In this document: in pieces, positions 9,490 through 20,900 of the stretch
Layout of the letters: each line of letters starts with the position of its first letter
Numbering within the stretch: position 1 is the stretch's first letter
Virus record (IMG/VR): IMGVR_UViG_3300017781_000005
Location: 1-59,980 of that record
Source of the DNA: a virus
Taxonomy: Duplodnaviria > Caudoviricetes
Reading direction: 5' to 3' (one strand)
DNA length: 59,980 nt
Made by a program: the position numbers and the translations under genes
The notes under the pieces: model-generated
What the model was told of the DNA's origin: nothing
The model's input: the letters and a program-made list of their open reading frames with translations, nothing else
The model's database searches: none

Positions 9490-12400
9490 ATGTCAAGAAC
9501 AAAGTATGTAAAATTTGGTGCCAGAGCAGATAAAAACTTATCTGACATACCTAATCCTAAAAAAGCACTAGATAATATATTAGATAACATCTCTGTACAA
9601 GTAGACGAAGATGGTAATGCGTTGAGATTTACATCTGATGATCTTGTTCCTCTGATAGGCATATCGAGAGGTCCTTTAGGACAGAATGTGAATTCGTCTG
9701 GTCAGGCAAATGAATTTACACAATTAGCAGATACGACAGTAGAGGGAACACTTATTGGTGCCGAAAACACAACTGTTCCTGTTGAGCCTAGAATAACAAT
9801 TCAAGATCACATAAACAACTTTAAAGTTGCTTTGGGAGATCCTCCATGGATAAATGGTGGAACAGGGCCCAGCGCAACAATGATTGCAGTAGAAAGACTT
9901 AACTCAAACACTGTTAACTATCCTGAAGCAGTGATCGATGGAGACGATGCTGAACCAGAAAACTCGTATAGAATTTTAGAAGGCGAGTCTAACATGACAT
10001 TTGATCAGCTTCAGTCTGTTGTGGGTGCACTCACAGGAGATGACGGTACAAAAAGATTATTAACTCCAGTTGCATCTACTACTTTAGAGCAACACAATTC
10101 AGTTGCGACTATACCTTATATAATTGTAGACACAGGTAATGGTAGTTTTGACTTCACAACCATAGGAGCTTCGGCTCAAACCCCTCCAGTTGGAGAAATA
10201 TTCACAGCAACTTTAGCTACAAGTTGGTTAGCTTCTCAAGGTCATGTCATACCTAGTAAAACTATGGGCAGTTTCGTACAAGGAAAATTATATACGATAA
10301 CCGCTATAGGTACAGGATTATCCACTAATCTATCTGAATGGTCTCTGTTAGGCGTAGAAGGTCATCCTTATCCAGGCAAACAATTCATATGTCAGCAAGC
10401 ACCTGCAGATCAAACCACAAATCTAACTGCTTATGCAATGGAACACTACAGTATAGGTGAATTCTTCGACTGTCTTGCTCCTGGTCAATCTATCTCAAAT
10501 GCTGATCGTCTTAATTTGAGAAATCAGACTCTTCCGACTGGAGCAACACATTCAACAGCGAATCCCGAAGACTTACCAGTTAGTAGATTCTATACATCTA
10601 AGGTCGATCCTGCGAATCTTTTCGAATTAATTGAAAATGTTGACTTTTGGGAAAGAGGAAAGATTCAGTTAGCTGGACCACTTCATCCAGATTTTTCTGA
10701 CTTAGTTGGTGGAGTAGTTTGGGAAGGATATCAAAGCGGTAAATTCAATCCATCGTTCTTCACTAACGGATTCTTTTCTTTAGAGGAAGATGTTGCTGAC
10801 GATGGAAATTTCAGATATGTCAAAGGAATTAATTCGTTTCTGTTTGAAACAATAGGAAAAGTTTATTTAGAAACAGTTGATAATGTGACTAGATTAGAGT
10901 TTATAGATGACAGAGACTGGAGAAGAATCTGTGAGCAACATACCGTTCTCATAGATGGTGACGGATATCAAGTGTTTCAAGTGTATTACTCAGCAGACAC
11001 AGCTACTAGTAAACTTAGATTCTACGCAAACTTAGAAAGTGATGCTGGAATTACAGACACCGACGGAAGAAGATTAGAAATCGCATATGATAGATCCGAG
11101 TATGAGTTAAATACTGGTAATATAGACTTAACTGCTCCAGCGGGCGGTAAAAGAAGAAAGATAAGATATAGTGCTTGGTGGTATGAGCCAAGTGATGAAC
11201 AAGAACAGCAACTCGACTTTAAATTGTTTGAGCATGATCATAGAGATAGCGGTGATGCCTTATCATACTCTTTCTTCTATGAAACAGACGGAACTCAAGA
11301 TGCGTACGGCAGATACACTTTCCCATACTTTATGGAAAATCATGCAAAGAAAACAAATCAAGAAATGACATCTAAGTTGACAGTTGATAATACGATTTCT
11401 ATGTTATTGTATGAAGCTAAACAAGATTTTGGAGATGCGTTACACTACACAACCACATCAGGAAGTGAAAAAATTCAACTTAAAACTGCTGTGCTTACAG
11501 ATGTCGGAGGAACACTAGAAACTGATACTACCAATACGGGAGCTGAGGCTTTTGCAGTGACACGACCTGGAGATGTGATCACATTTATTAAAGCATACGA
11601 TACAGGTAATGCGGGATGGGGTAATGCTTCAAATCAAGTTTGGTCATTCCAACTTTTAGATCAAAACGGCTACAATAAAGGATTTGTTTCTCAAGATATT
11701 GGGGCTGGATCAGGCGCCAATATGGCATTAAACAGCAAAGTAATATTTGCTTCCTGCTCAAACGAAGGATTAGTTGGTACATATAAAGCATCTAGATCAG
11801 ATGCGAAAACGCTAACTATCAGACGAACAAATAATTCAGCAGAATCGTTTTCTAGACGAATAGAAGATGTTGCAGTAGGCGATTTGGTATATTATACTGA
11901 TTTAGATCAATTCTACACTACAGACAGCGATATATTACAAGTAGCCCATGATGGTAAACCAGCAGTCGTGACAGAAGTAGACTATACAACAGATGCTAAC
12001 GCCGACGGTATTTATGAATTAATCACTCTAACATTATCAGAGCATGGTAGTATAACATCTACCGCTTCTACTCCACTAAACTTTAGTTCAACCCAGAATC
12101 AGGCTAATGGATTAGCCTTTATCTACTCTAGTAGAGGGTTAAACGATCTAGCTGGTATTCACGAGTGTTCAGGAGTATATGGCGTAGAGGTTGCGGCCAA
12201 TGCAAACTCAGGAACTAACAGCGTTCAATTAACAGATACTAATTTTAGTAGAATTCAAGTTGGAGATATAGTATACTTCGAAGCCGCTGTTCCACAGCCA
12301 ACACAAGATGAGAATCAAACCGGTAATACTACGGTAGTTAGATCGAAAAGCACATCACCAAACACTATAGTGCTTGAGAATAGTGGCGATCAAAGCGATG

Positions 12401-13119
12401 CTACTTTCTCTCAAACAGTCAATGCTGGCGCAACAATGGTGATTGTTCCTAGTGGCAGTTACAGTGGATCAGCTACTCAACTCAAGAAAAATAGAGAATA
12501 CTGTGTTATTCCTCTGAACACTGCGCCACCATTTAGTAGTAATTTAGATGGACTAGTTACCACTGACGATTATCCTAACTTAGATTTAGAGGAGATGTCG
12601 TTCAAAACTTTGAGTTTCAATTCACTAGCGGCACACCAATGGAGTATAGCAACTTACGATACAGGATATTTAACAACAAATAGTCCTATAGTTCCTGATA
12701 TATTTCATGTTGGCGATTTTGTTAAGATAGATGGTGCAATATCTACTCAAGGAACCGGTAGACTACCTGATGTACATACTGACGGAAGAATATATAAAGT
12801 GTCGCAATTAGCCGGCGGTGGTCAAAATCCTAGATTACAATATTGGAATGGAAGCGGTTGGCTAAATCTGCATGAAGCATCGGGTGGAGTAAATGGTACT
12901 CTCGTAGGACACACATTTACTAGACTGCCAGCAGTACAATCTCTTTCTGATGTTGAGTATCACGAAGGAACAAGTGAATCAGCAAATAGAGGAAGCGAGA
13001 CAAGCACAGAAGCAAATCAGCCAGACGCTTTCATGGATATAAGTTACACTGCTCCTGGTAGTAATACAGAAAGAACCTTTAAGATTCTAGCAAATACGAG
13101 AGATGTAGTTCCTAAGTAG
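9490..13119 (+). CDS. Large putative virion fibre/accessory structural protein (1209 aa)
   Basis: Long ORF with its own late promoter; N-terminal NLSD..N...AL.N fibre motif; T/G/S/D-rich beta-type composition. Confidence 0.65.
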   Translation: MSRTKYVKFGARADKNLSDIPNPKKALDNILDNISVQVDEDGNALRFTSDDLVPLIGISRGPLGQNVNSSGQANEFTQLADTTVEGTLIGAENTTVPVEPRITIQDHINNFKVALGDPPWINGGTGPSATMIAVERLNSNTVNYPEAVIDGDDAEPENSYRILEGESNMTFDQLQSVVGALTGDDGTKRLLTPVASTTLEQHNSVATIPYIIVDTGNGSFDFTTIGASAQTPPVGEIFTATLATSWLASQGHVIPSKTMGSFVQGKLYTITAIGTGLSTNLSEWSLLGVEGHPYPGKQFICQQAPADQTTNLTAYAMEHYSIGEFFDCLAPGQSISNADRLNLRNQTLPTGATHSTANPEDLPVSRFYTSKVDPANLFELIENVDFWERGKIQLAGPLHPDFSDLVGGVVWEGYQSGKFNPSFFTNGFFSLEEDVADDGNFRYVKGINSFLFETIGKVYLETVDNVTRLEFIDDRDWRRICEQHTVLIDGDGYQVFQVYYSADTATSKLRFYANLESDAGITDTDGRRLEIAYDRSEYELNTGNIDLTAPAGGKRRKIRYSAWWYEPSDEQEQQLDFKLFEHDHRDSGDALSYSFFYETDGTQDAYGRYTFPYFMENHAKKTNQEMTSKLTVDNTISMLLYEAKQDFGDALHYTTTSGSEKIQLKTAVLTDVGGTLETDTTNTGAEAFAVTRPGDVITFIKAYDTGNAGWGNASNQVWSFQLLDQNGYNKGFVSQDIGAGSGANMALNSKVIFASCSNEGLVGTYKASRSDAKTLTIRRTNNSAESFSRRIEDVAVGDLVYYTDLDQFYTTDSDILQVAHDGKPAVVTEVDYTTDANADGIYELITLTLSEHGSITSTASTPLNFSSTQNQANGLAFIYSSRGLNDLAGIHECSGVYGVEVAANANSGTNSVQLTDTNFSRIQVGDIVYFEAAVPQPTQDENQTGNTTVVRSKSTSPNTIVLENSGDQSDATFSQTVNAGATMVIVPSGSYSGSATQLKKNREYCVIPLNTAPPFSSNLDGLVTTDDYPNLDLEEMSFKTLSFNSLAAHQWSIATYDTGYLTTNSPIVPDIFHVGDFVKIDGAISTQGTGRLPDVHTDGRIYKVSQLAGGGQNPRLQYWNGSGWLNLHEASGGVNGTLVGHTFTRLPAVQSLSDVEYHEGTSESANRGSETSTEANQPDAFMDISYTAPGSNTERTFKILANTRDVVPK

Positions 13120-14329
13120 TTTCCTTGACGAGCATGAAATACTGTTCGCCATTAATAAACATAGGAACTTTATGCGTGTAGGATCCTAAAGTTAGCTGAC
13201 CGCTCGCCCCTCCGTTTATAGGAATTACAGCTTGAGTAGTATTACCACTGCCATCTTTTTTGAATAGTTTAGGCTTGTAACCTCTAGCCGCGGCTGATCC
13301 AGTACTGGCTCCTCCTGCCGAGTCACCGTCTGGTTGAAAAACCAGATTAGCTATTTGAGACTTATTAGATTCAGTCTGTAGTGCCGCAGAAGTACTTCCA
13401 GACTCAAAAGCAACATTACTTACTTCTTCCCAAGGATTTTCTGAACCAGAAAACGCTCTAATTTCTCCACCAGTGGCCGTATTATAGATGAATAGTCCTG
13501 GAGCGTTATCTCCGTTATTGTAGATTGCTACAGGAGTATTATTGTTGCCTACCAGTTTATCGTTTGTTATTCTGATATTACCTTTGAATCTAAGTCTTTC
13601 ATCAAAGAAGTTTGATCTGTCTGTGAGTATTGTTCTACTTTTTTTCGCTTCTAGTCTGCCTATGGCGCCCGCAATGTAGCCAATTTGATCGTAAGTTCCG
13701 TAGTTATCATAAAATCCTACATCCGGTGCGGCTCCATCATCTGCGCCAATGCCTGCAGTTCCACCAGTTTCATCACCATCGTCACCACTATCACCACTTC
13801 CCGCAGGCTCTTCTTCATCTGCTAAGACATCGATTACTGTAAGTCTAGGTCTACTCATATTAATGATATTATCAACACTTATAGTGTCTTGTCTCGTTAA
13901 TATGGTATCACTGATATCGCCTATTGTGCTCCATATGTTTGCATAATCGCTGGCTTGATATGGAAGTGTCGCTGTTGCTAAAACTATTCGAAACTCATCT
14001 ACTCCGTTACTGTCCACGACAAGAAACGGATAGCCATCTAATCCATTATCTATAGAGAGTTTTGTTCCATTAGAAAACGCCCTTTTATTATTAATCAAGT
14101 CCGTCTTTACAGTCTTAAATAGATTTTCAGTAGTATCGTCAAAAACGAAAAAATCTGCACGACTGATTGAAGAGTCGTTTGTCAATGTTGACTTAAATCC
14201 GCTATTTCCATCAAATAATAGAACATCTTGGGTGATATTCACGCCACCCAGATTATCCAATATATTTCTATCAGAAGTTGGAGTAACACTCTCAGATAAA
14301 TTATTTGATCTTACAAAACCTTGTGCCAT
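13112..14329 (-). CDS. Putative virion accessory protein (405 aa)
   Basis: N-terminal GF....NLSE......LDNLGG motif shared with neighbours; acidic G/D linker; RBS AGGA upstream. Confidence 0.6.
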   Translation of the reverse strand: MAQGFVRSNNLSESVTPTSDRNILDNLGGVNITQDVLLFDGNSGFKSTLTNDSSISRADFFVFDDTTENLFKTVKTDLINNKRAFSNGTKLSIDNGLDGYPFLVVDSNGVDEFRIVLATATLPYQASDYANIWSTIGDISDTILTRQDTISVDNIINMSRPRLTVIDVLADEEEPAGSGDSGDDGDETGGTAGIGADDGAAPDVGFYDNYGTYDQIGYIAGAIGRLEAKKSRTILTDRSNFFDERLRFKGNIRITNDKLVGNNNTPVAIYNNGDNAPGLFIYNTATGGEIRAFSGSENPWEEVSNVAFESGSTSAALQTESNKSQIANLVFQPDGDSAGGASTGSAAARGYKPKLFKKDGSGNTTQAVIPINGGASGQLTLGSYTHKVPMFINGEQYFMLVKETT

Positions 14330-14341
14330 TTTTCTTTCCTG

Positions 14342-17300
14342 TTATGAGTCTAAGAGAATCGACCATCCTGCTCCTCGCAGGAACTTCAACTTAGCTTCTG
14401 TTGAATCTTCGCCTGTAGTGCCATCAAACTTAGATCCTTCTCTTAATCTGTTTGGTCCACTTTGACCCTTAAAGTTTATAGTCTTTGTAACCCCGCCATT
14501 TAGATAATTTTCAACCATATCAATTAAGAAGGGTCTAAGCATAGATGCTTCTAATCTATTGTTAGAAAAATCAATCGTGTATGCATTAGTGTTACCACTT
14601 AAAAATCCGGTAGTATAAGTCGAGAATAGATTCTTAGCTCCTTTTACAATTCTTAAATTATTGCCACAAGTAGAAAAGTCTGGTATTGATCCTGTGAAGA
14701 AGTTGTTGTAAGCATACCAACGGATAAGTTTACTAGAATCTAGTTTGGGACAAGGGCCACTAAAACTATTATGATATAGGTACATATATCTTAAATTAGT
14801 CATCGTCTGATTCATTGTAGGGAAAGATCCATAAAGACCTAGAGCCTTAATGCCTGCCCACTGAGAATAAGGATTAACTGCTCCTCCAGTTCCTGCAATT
14901 TGCGAAGTAATAGTAACATTATCATCAAGCAAAAACTTTACACCCAACAGTGCCTTTTGCGCTTTTACTTGATCGGCGCCAGAACCATTCCAAGCATCTG
15001 AATACGAAGATAAATCTTTGTAAGTAGAAACTGATATTGCATCCCAGTCGGTTGTTCCAGCTTTCATAATTCTATAATATCGTTTTCTTAAATAACCGTT
15101 AGGATTATTTGCAACTATAGGTATTTGTCTAAATTTGAATGCATCATGTTTTTGAGGATCACTACCAGTTGGATTTGCGAATGGCTCTGCGCCTTCACCC
15201 AGTGTAGCTAAATTGGCTTCTGTTGTCAATTGATTTGCAATCCAACCAATTGCTTTCCAGTCGTTTGTTGTCATAGCATCATAATTGCTACCACCATAAC
15301 CAGTATTACCATCAACGCCCGAATTACTTAAATGTCTGTTAAAGATTTTGTAAACCTGCTTAGGTTGACCGAACCTCGCTCTCATCCAAATGGACTGATA
15401 TCCAAGATGGAGATAATTCAGCAGTTTAAATGGTGTGAAGATATTTGGCATATATCCTCTCAAATTATTACCATAAAGATAAAGTGTTCTGAATGTGTCA
15501 TTAGTCGGAAAATCAAAATTATGTGTACCGACTTCCTCTTGAACTAGTGTACCAGAACCGTATCTATTATTTCCGATTATGATGTGGCGAAAGTTAGGGT
15601 TTGCATTTGCCAAAGCCTTACCCGTTCTTTGTGTCAATCCTAGAGTAGTACCACTTGTTCCAAATGTGTCGTTAGTAAACTGGTCCATCTGCTGCCCACC
15701 AATTTGGAAGTTATTTAACTTCAACGAACCGTCGAACATATTATCAGTAAGATGTCCGTTAGGCCCACCAGATTTCCACACTAAACAATTGACATATCTC
15801 AAGTTAGGCATATTCTGAAAACTAAGGTTGTCAGTAAAGTTCCCTGAAGTGTTACCATGATTAGATAAATTAATACTTTGTAAGTTTGTGCATCCAGTGA
15901 ATTTATCAACGATTGTCGTCTCTGCATCCTCGAATCTACTATCTATAACACCGTATCTTTGTTTATAATGCTCTATCTTCGTATTATCTTTGAAAGATAC
16001 AATATTATGTGGACCCCATTGAGAATAGAAATATCTCATCTGATCCGTTGCTTCTGGAGTAGGTAGAGACATATCTCTTGAACTTTTTTCTTTAGCCATC
16101 TGTGAAGTTATAGTGCCGCCAACACTTGCTGTATCAGTATAATAAGGCGTTTCACTATTAGTGACTATTGGTGTAGAATCTCCATAATAGTAGTACAGTT
16201 TTCGTGAGTTTAAACAGCCTGGAGGTAACTGAGTATAGGGCTGATTATAGTGTCTGTAAGTCTGAATACCTTTAGTCGTGCTTTCCATCCAGTCTTTACC
16301 AGTAGTCACATCAAACTTTGTCAAAGAATGTAACTTACCGTGACCAGCTCCACCTTCAGTGGCCATAGTTGCTCTACCATTTGAACCGCCGGCATTAGCT
16401 GTTGCGATTGAATTATAAAGTTGAATTATAGTACTTGAAACTTTTCTTACGAACCATGTGGTATTTGTAGTCACTACGCCGCCGCTTACACTGACTAATG
16501 AGCCAATAGGTTCAGCCATTGTTTTTGAGGAATCTACATGGTAGTCATACTTTACGGCATCACCTGTTTCGAAATTGTGTGTGCCTATAGACATCCTGTC
16601 GTCTTGAGTACGATCATTAGTCCATAAAATAGATTCTGTGCTGAAGAAGACCTTATACTTAGGATTATAAACTGCTGGCGCTTTTGTTGCGGCATGAGGT
16701 CGATGCAATTCTCTGGTAAAATTAGAGCCTATATCTAAATATGTTAAGTTTTCATAATCTTCCAAATCTACGCTAGTGCTATCTTCAAAGCAACCATTAA
16801 TCCTAAGTTGTTTTAGCGTAAGAGGCAGTCTATTAATTTGCTGTGATGAATTACCAGTATTTTCTCTATCTGATCCTAAAAGATAATCGTTTCCTCTTCC
16901 TAAGTTGTTTCCTGTAAAACGGAAATCTTCTAGATTAGGAGCAAGTCCAAGACCGCCACTGAATCCTTGTTTAGCGACTGAGCCGTCTGATCTAAACTCA
17001 GGAATCACCGCAAAGTCATTAAAACTAATGTCCAAATATCTAAGAGAAGGTAGGGAAACATTTGTCCACTTATTGATATTAGCATACTTGATATCTAATC
17101 GTATAACTCTATCTGGATTATAGAAAAATTCTATCTTTCTTCTTATGTAGCCAGGAGGTTCAATTGTATATGTTGCAGGATTAGAATAACTTCCCACACC
17201 GATACTTGCCGTATTATTAGAGCCATCTCCAGAGTTATATGATCCTGCAGGAGCTTGTAAGTTTGTTACTCTCCATGTTATGGGAACTGTGCCTTGATCG

Positions 17301-17989
17301 TCAGTTACTTTGTCTACAAAACCCCTTAACTGAATGTATTCAAAGACGCCTTCCCACTCTAAAGGAATACCTTTCATCATGTAGAGTGTCTGTTCTTTCA
17401 TGTTACTTCCATCTCGAACATCAACTTTGAGGGCGTGAGTAGCAACTTCTGCTCTAAATGTTTTGGCTATAGGCTCTTCAGTCGTTGATAACTCTGTAAA
17501 TCCTAATTTGTCGCCTATAATCTTAACATCGCCACCGTAGAGAATATAATCATCTTCTGCACCAGCTGGACCAACAGGAGACCAAGAAGACAATCTAGAA
17601 GTAGATATATCCGCAGCCTTGTTTATAAAGTTACCGCTACCATCTGTCGAACTGAAGTCTAGATAGTTATATTTGATTGCACCGCCTACAAACTTGTTGC
17701 CGTCTAATCTTATATTAAACTTCAGAGGAACTGAAATGTCATTAATTTGAATAAATTCTATTTCTGTATAATCGGCTGCCGTAGAAAGAGACTCTAACTC
17801 TTTCTTTTGATCACTTTCGAGTCCTGCCATATTATGGAAATCACCAATACTTACACCAGTAGATGGATCTGTAAGACCGGCAATTAAGTCAAAGTCTGCT
17901 CTATCTAGACCCAAGTTGCCCAAGGCTTCTCTGGCATCATCGATGTCATTTAGTGCCTTTGCGACATTTAGTCCTCTATAGATAGTCAT
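14342..17989 (-). CDS. Leucine-rich-repeat virion protein (1215 aa)
   Basis: Multiple LxxLxLxxN units, e.g. LPSLRYLDISFNDF, FRTLYLYGNNLRGYMP, NLRYMYLYHNSFSGPCP, YAYNNFFTGSIP; fibre-type N-terminus. Confidence 0.75.
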   Translation of the reverse strand: MTIYRGLNVAKALNDIDDAREALGNLGLDRADFDLIAGLTDPSTGVSIGDFHNMAGLESDQKKELESLSTAADYTEIEFIQINDISVPLKFNIRLDGNKFVGGAIKYNYLDFSSTDGSGNFINKAADISTSRLSSWSPVGPAGAEDDYILYGGDVKIIGDKLGFTELSTTEEPIAKTFRAEVATHALKVDVRDGSNMKEQTLYMMKGIPLEWEGVFEYIQLRGFVDKVTDDQGTVPITWRVTNLQAPAGSYNSGDGSNNTASIGVGSYSNPATYTIEPPGYIRRKIEFFYNPDRVIRLDIKYANINKWTNVSLPSLRYLDISFNDFAVIPEFRSDGSVAKQGFSGGLGLAPNLEDFRFTGNNLGRGNDYLLGSDRENTGNSSQQINRLPLTLKQLRINGCFEDSTSVDLEDYENLTYLDIGSNFTRELHRPHAATKAPAVYNPKYKVFFSTESILWTNDRTQDDRMSIGTHNFETGDAVKYDYHVDSSKTMAEPIGSLVSVSGGVVTTNTTWFVRKVSSTIIQLYNSIATANAGGSNGRATMATEGGAGHGKLHSLTKFDVTTGKDWMESTTKGIQTYRHYNQPYTQLPPGCLNSRKLYYYYGDSTPIVTNSETPYYTDTASVGGTITSQMAKEKSSRDMSLPTPEATDQMRYFYSQWGPHNIVSFKDNTKIEHYKQRYGVIDSRFEDAETTIVDKFTGCTNLQSINLSNHGNTSGNFTDNLSFQNMPNLRYVNCLVWKSGGPNGHLTDNMFDGSLKLNNFQIGGQQMDQFTNDTFGTSGTTLGLTQRTGKALANANPNFRHIIIGNNRYGSGTLVQEEVGTHNFDFPTNDTFRTLYLYGNNLRGYMPNIFTPFKLLNYLHLGYQSIWMRARFGQPKQVYKIFNRHLSNSGVDGNTGYGGSNYDAMTTNDWKAIGWIANQLTTEANLATLGEGAEPFANPTGSDPQKHDAFKFRQIPIVANNPNGYLRKRYYRIMKAGTTDWDAISVSTYKDLSSYSDAWNGSGADQVKAQKALLGVKFLLDDNVTITSQIAGTGGAVNPYSQWAGIKALGLYGSFPTMNQTMTNLRYMYLYHNSFSGPCPKLDSSKLIRWYAYNNFFTGSIPDFSTCGNNLRIVKGAKNLFSTYTTGFLSGNTNAYTIDFSNNRLEASMLRPFLIDMVENYLNGGVTKTINFKGQSGPNRLREGSKFDGTTGEDSTEAKLKFLRGAGWSILLDS

Positions 17990-20900
17990 TACTGCTCCTT
18001 AACTGTTAATGCCAACTCGATATTGCCGTCTGCTGTGTTAGAATCTAATTGTGTTGCTGTAAAGTATAATGCTCTTTCGTTCAACAATCCTACAGACAAG
18101 CCCTTTCTGTCTTGTGCGAATATATTAGACAAGTCTATAAATTCTGGTTTTCCTGCTTCAACATACACAGAGTATATAGTCGAGCCTGATCTCAAAGAAT
18201 TTAAACAACTTGTGTCATATCTCAGACTTCCTAATCTATCTGTTTCATTAAATGAGCCCGGAGTAGCAGAACTAGTCACCGAGTTTTTACCACTGTGTCC
18301 TGGTAATGTTCTATCCGCAACAGGAATAACAGTATCTATAGTTATATGTGGATTATAACTAGCATCATCTGTTTTGAAAGTAGGAGTATGACAAATTCTC
18401 TGTCCATCAGGAAAAATCTCTTCTATAACTATGCCGTTGACTCTAGCATTATCTGATAAAGCAAACACAGGATAAAGAGGCTGATCGTTAAATGCAATTG
18501 CTTGAGATACAACGAATTTGTGATTAGGAAATTTCTCTGTTCTTTCTCCGTCTGCTCCTTTGTCGTATGATTGTGCTTGGAAGTCGTCTTTTAGCGTTAG
18601 AATTTTTGTCTGTATAGTTTTAACATTACCAGCATCAGTTGTTGTTGTTACGCCTAAATTATCTCCTAAGGTAACTCCATCTTCATTAGTTGTTATGTTT
18701 GCATCAACATAGACATATCTTTCACCGGTCTGAGACCTTATAACTGGACTTCTAAAGAAGAATCCTGTTCCTACAAATGTTGAGCCTATCTCAGAAATGG
18801 CGGTTGTTGGTATAGGATTACCATTACTGTCTAAAGACCTGAACTTTATATCAGTGCTACTAGGAGTACTTGATGTTGAAAACAACATTCTCTTATATGA
18901 CGAGTATTGAGCACCATCAGCCGCTATAGCAGGCTGAAGAGTATCTAAAACTGTATAACTAAGAACATTTACTTCGCCTTGTATAGACGAGATGAATCCG
19001 CTCTGTACAGATTCTCCTTTTGGAATAGGATTTCTAGGATCAACTTCAAATCTGCCCCTGCCATAAGCGCCATGCCACTCATAGATTTCTGCCTGTTCTT
19101 TTTCATCGAATCTAGTTCTATCGTGAGTGTATACCACCATGGGGTATTCTTCTCTTTCAAATTCTTTAAATATATTATCGTTTGCTGGTCCAACTTGAAA
19201 ATGTAACCTATCAAAAGTATCATTTCCATCGGGTGGAGTAGGTATATGAGGAGTAACACCTATACCGAACTCTGCAAAGTGTCTGCTTCCGTACTCACCA
19301 TCCTTATAGTTAGGATTTAACCAATGTATTTTAAACGCATCTGTAGTAATGGGAGTATCAGAAGCAACTACAGTGTGTAAGTTAACTAGCTTTGCATCGA
19401 AAGCTAGACTTCTATCTAGTTTTGATCCGTCTACCTTTAGAGAGTCTCGAATAGGAATACCGGAAATTAATGAGAAGTCTCTAGGATTAGGATCTCTTCT
19501 TCTTAAAACAGGAGAACTTCTAAGGTTAGAAACTGATGTGTCTACATACACTCCATATACTCCATCAGCAATAATTCTAGCTCCATTATCGTAGTCGTTT
19601 AACTTGTATATGACTGAGTATGTGACGCCAGAAACATCGGCTGATGCCTCATTTGTATATGCTTCCTCTAATACTAATTCTGTATTGCTTGTGATGCTTC
19701 TTATTTGGTGTGTCGAAGTATCTGATGTGCCTATATAGATACAATCTCCCTGCTGTAGATCACCAGTGAAGAAAGTTCCCACTCCTGTTACGACAGTTGA
19801 GTCCACATCAACAGATATCGTACCGCTTAATTGAGCAACAGGAGGTTGCACTAGCCTAATAATGGTATCTTGTAAATCAAACTTGAGTGTCAAGTCTCTT
19901 GTTCTAGGATTTCTACCATTCATATGTAATGAGGGAGAATAGTTAAAGTGAACTCCGTCTTTACATCCTTGAATTTCCATCAAGTCAATTCTACAGTCTT
20001 TATCTGTGTTGATCGATATTTTAGTAGGATAAGACTTTCTCGTATTGAGAATACCTATGCCCTGAGAGTTTAGTATCTCATTCTTAGGCAGTAATCCTAG
20101 TATGGGCGTTCTCTCATTAAATGCTTTCGATATGGTAGATTTTGTAGTTAATCTAGTTGTTCCTTCATCTCCACCATCAATATAATAACTACTTCCGTAC
20201 TTAAATAACTGAATAGGTTGTCTGATAGTTGCCGTATTAGTTGAGTAAACAGTGTACTTGAACTTGAAGTCTGGATTTTGTAGCACTGGCTGACCCATAC
20301 CATTTTCCATAACAAATGTATGAAGAAGAACCCATCTAGCATCTCCATTTCCGGAAGGTATGTAGGCATAGAATTTAGCACCGATAGCACCATACCAAGA
20401 GAACTCTATCTTGTACATTGTAACATCTTCGAAAGATAGTATGTAGCCAGAAGGCCCTATACCTAGAAGAGCATCTCCATTCCACTTGTTTCTAGGTATT
20501 ACTGTTTCAAATAAAGGAATATCATTTGATAAATCATTTGTATAGATCGGCTCAGCAGTTTGATCGTCTACAGTTAAGCCTTGTCTTTCAAGCAGTTCAG
20601 CAGGCATTGCTATAGTACTTCGTCTGATGATGTTAAACTGAGTGCCTTTCAACTGAAGCATATATTGGTCAGTCGAGTTGGCACAGCCCCACTCGACTAC
20701 AGTTGCTTGAGAAACAGGATCAACAGTCATTCTAGAGCCAAATGTAAAGCCGCTGGCTCTACCAGGTTGATATCTAAATGCTCTCTTACTCTCTAAGGTT
20801 GCAACCTGAAATCTTGTGCTACCGCCACCCGGTATCATCTCGTTGGTTGCAGTTGCCACCATTTGATTATAGTAAGTCTCATCTTCAAATCTTCCGTAAG

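Noticed and set aside
9490-13119. Possible invertible cassette for fibre switching
   Set aside because: No flanking inverted repeats or recombinase seen by eye; the orientation looks fixed.
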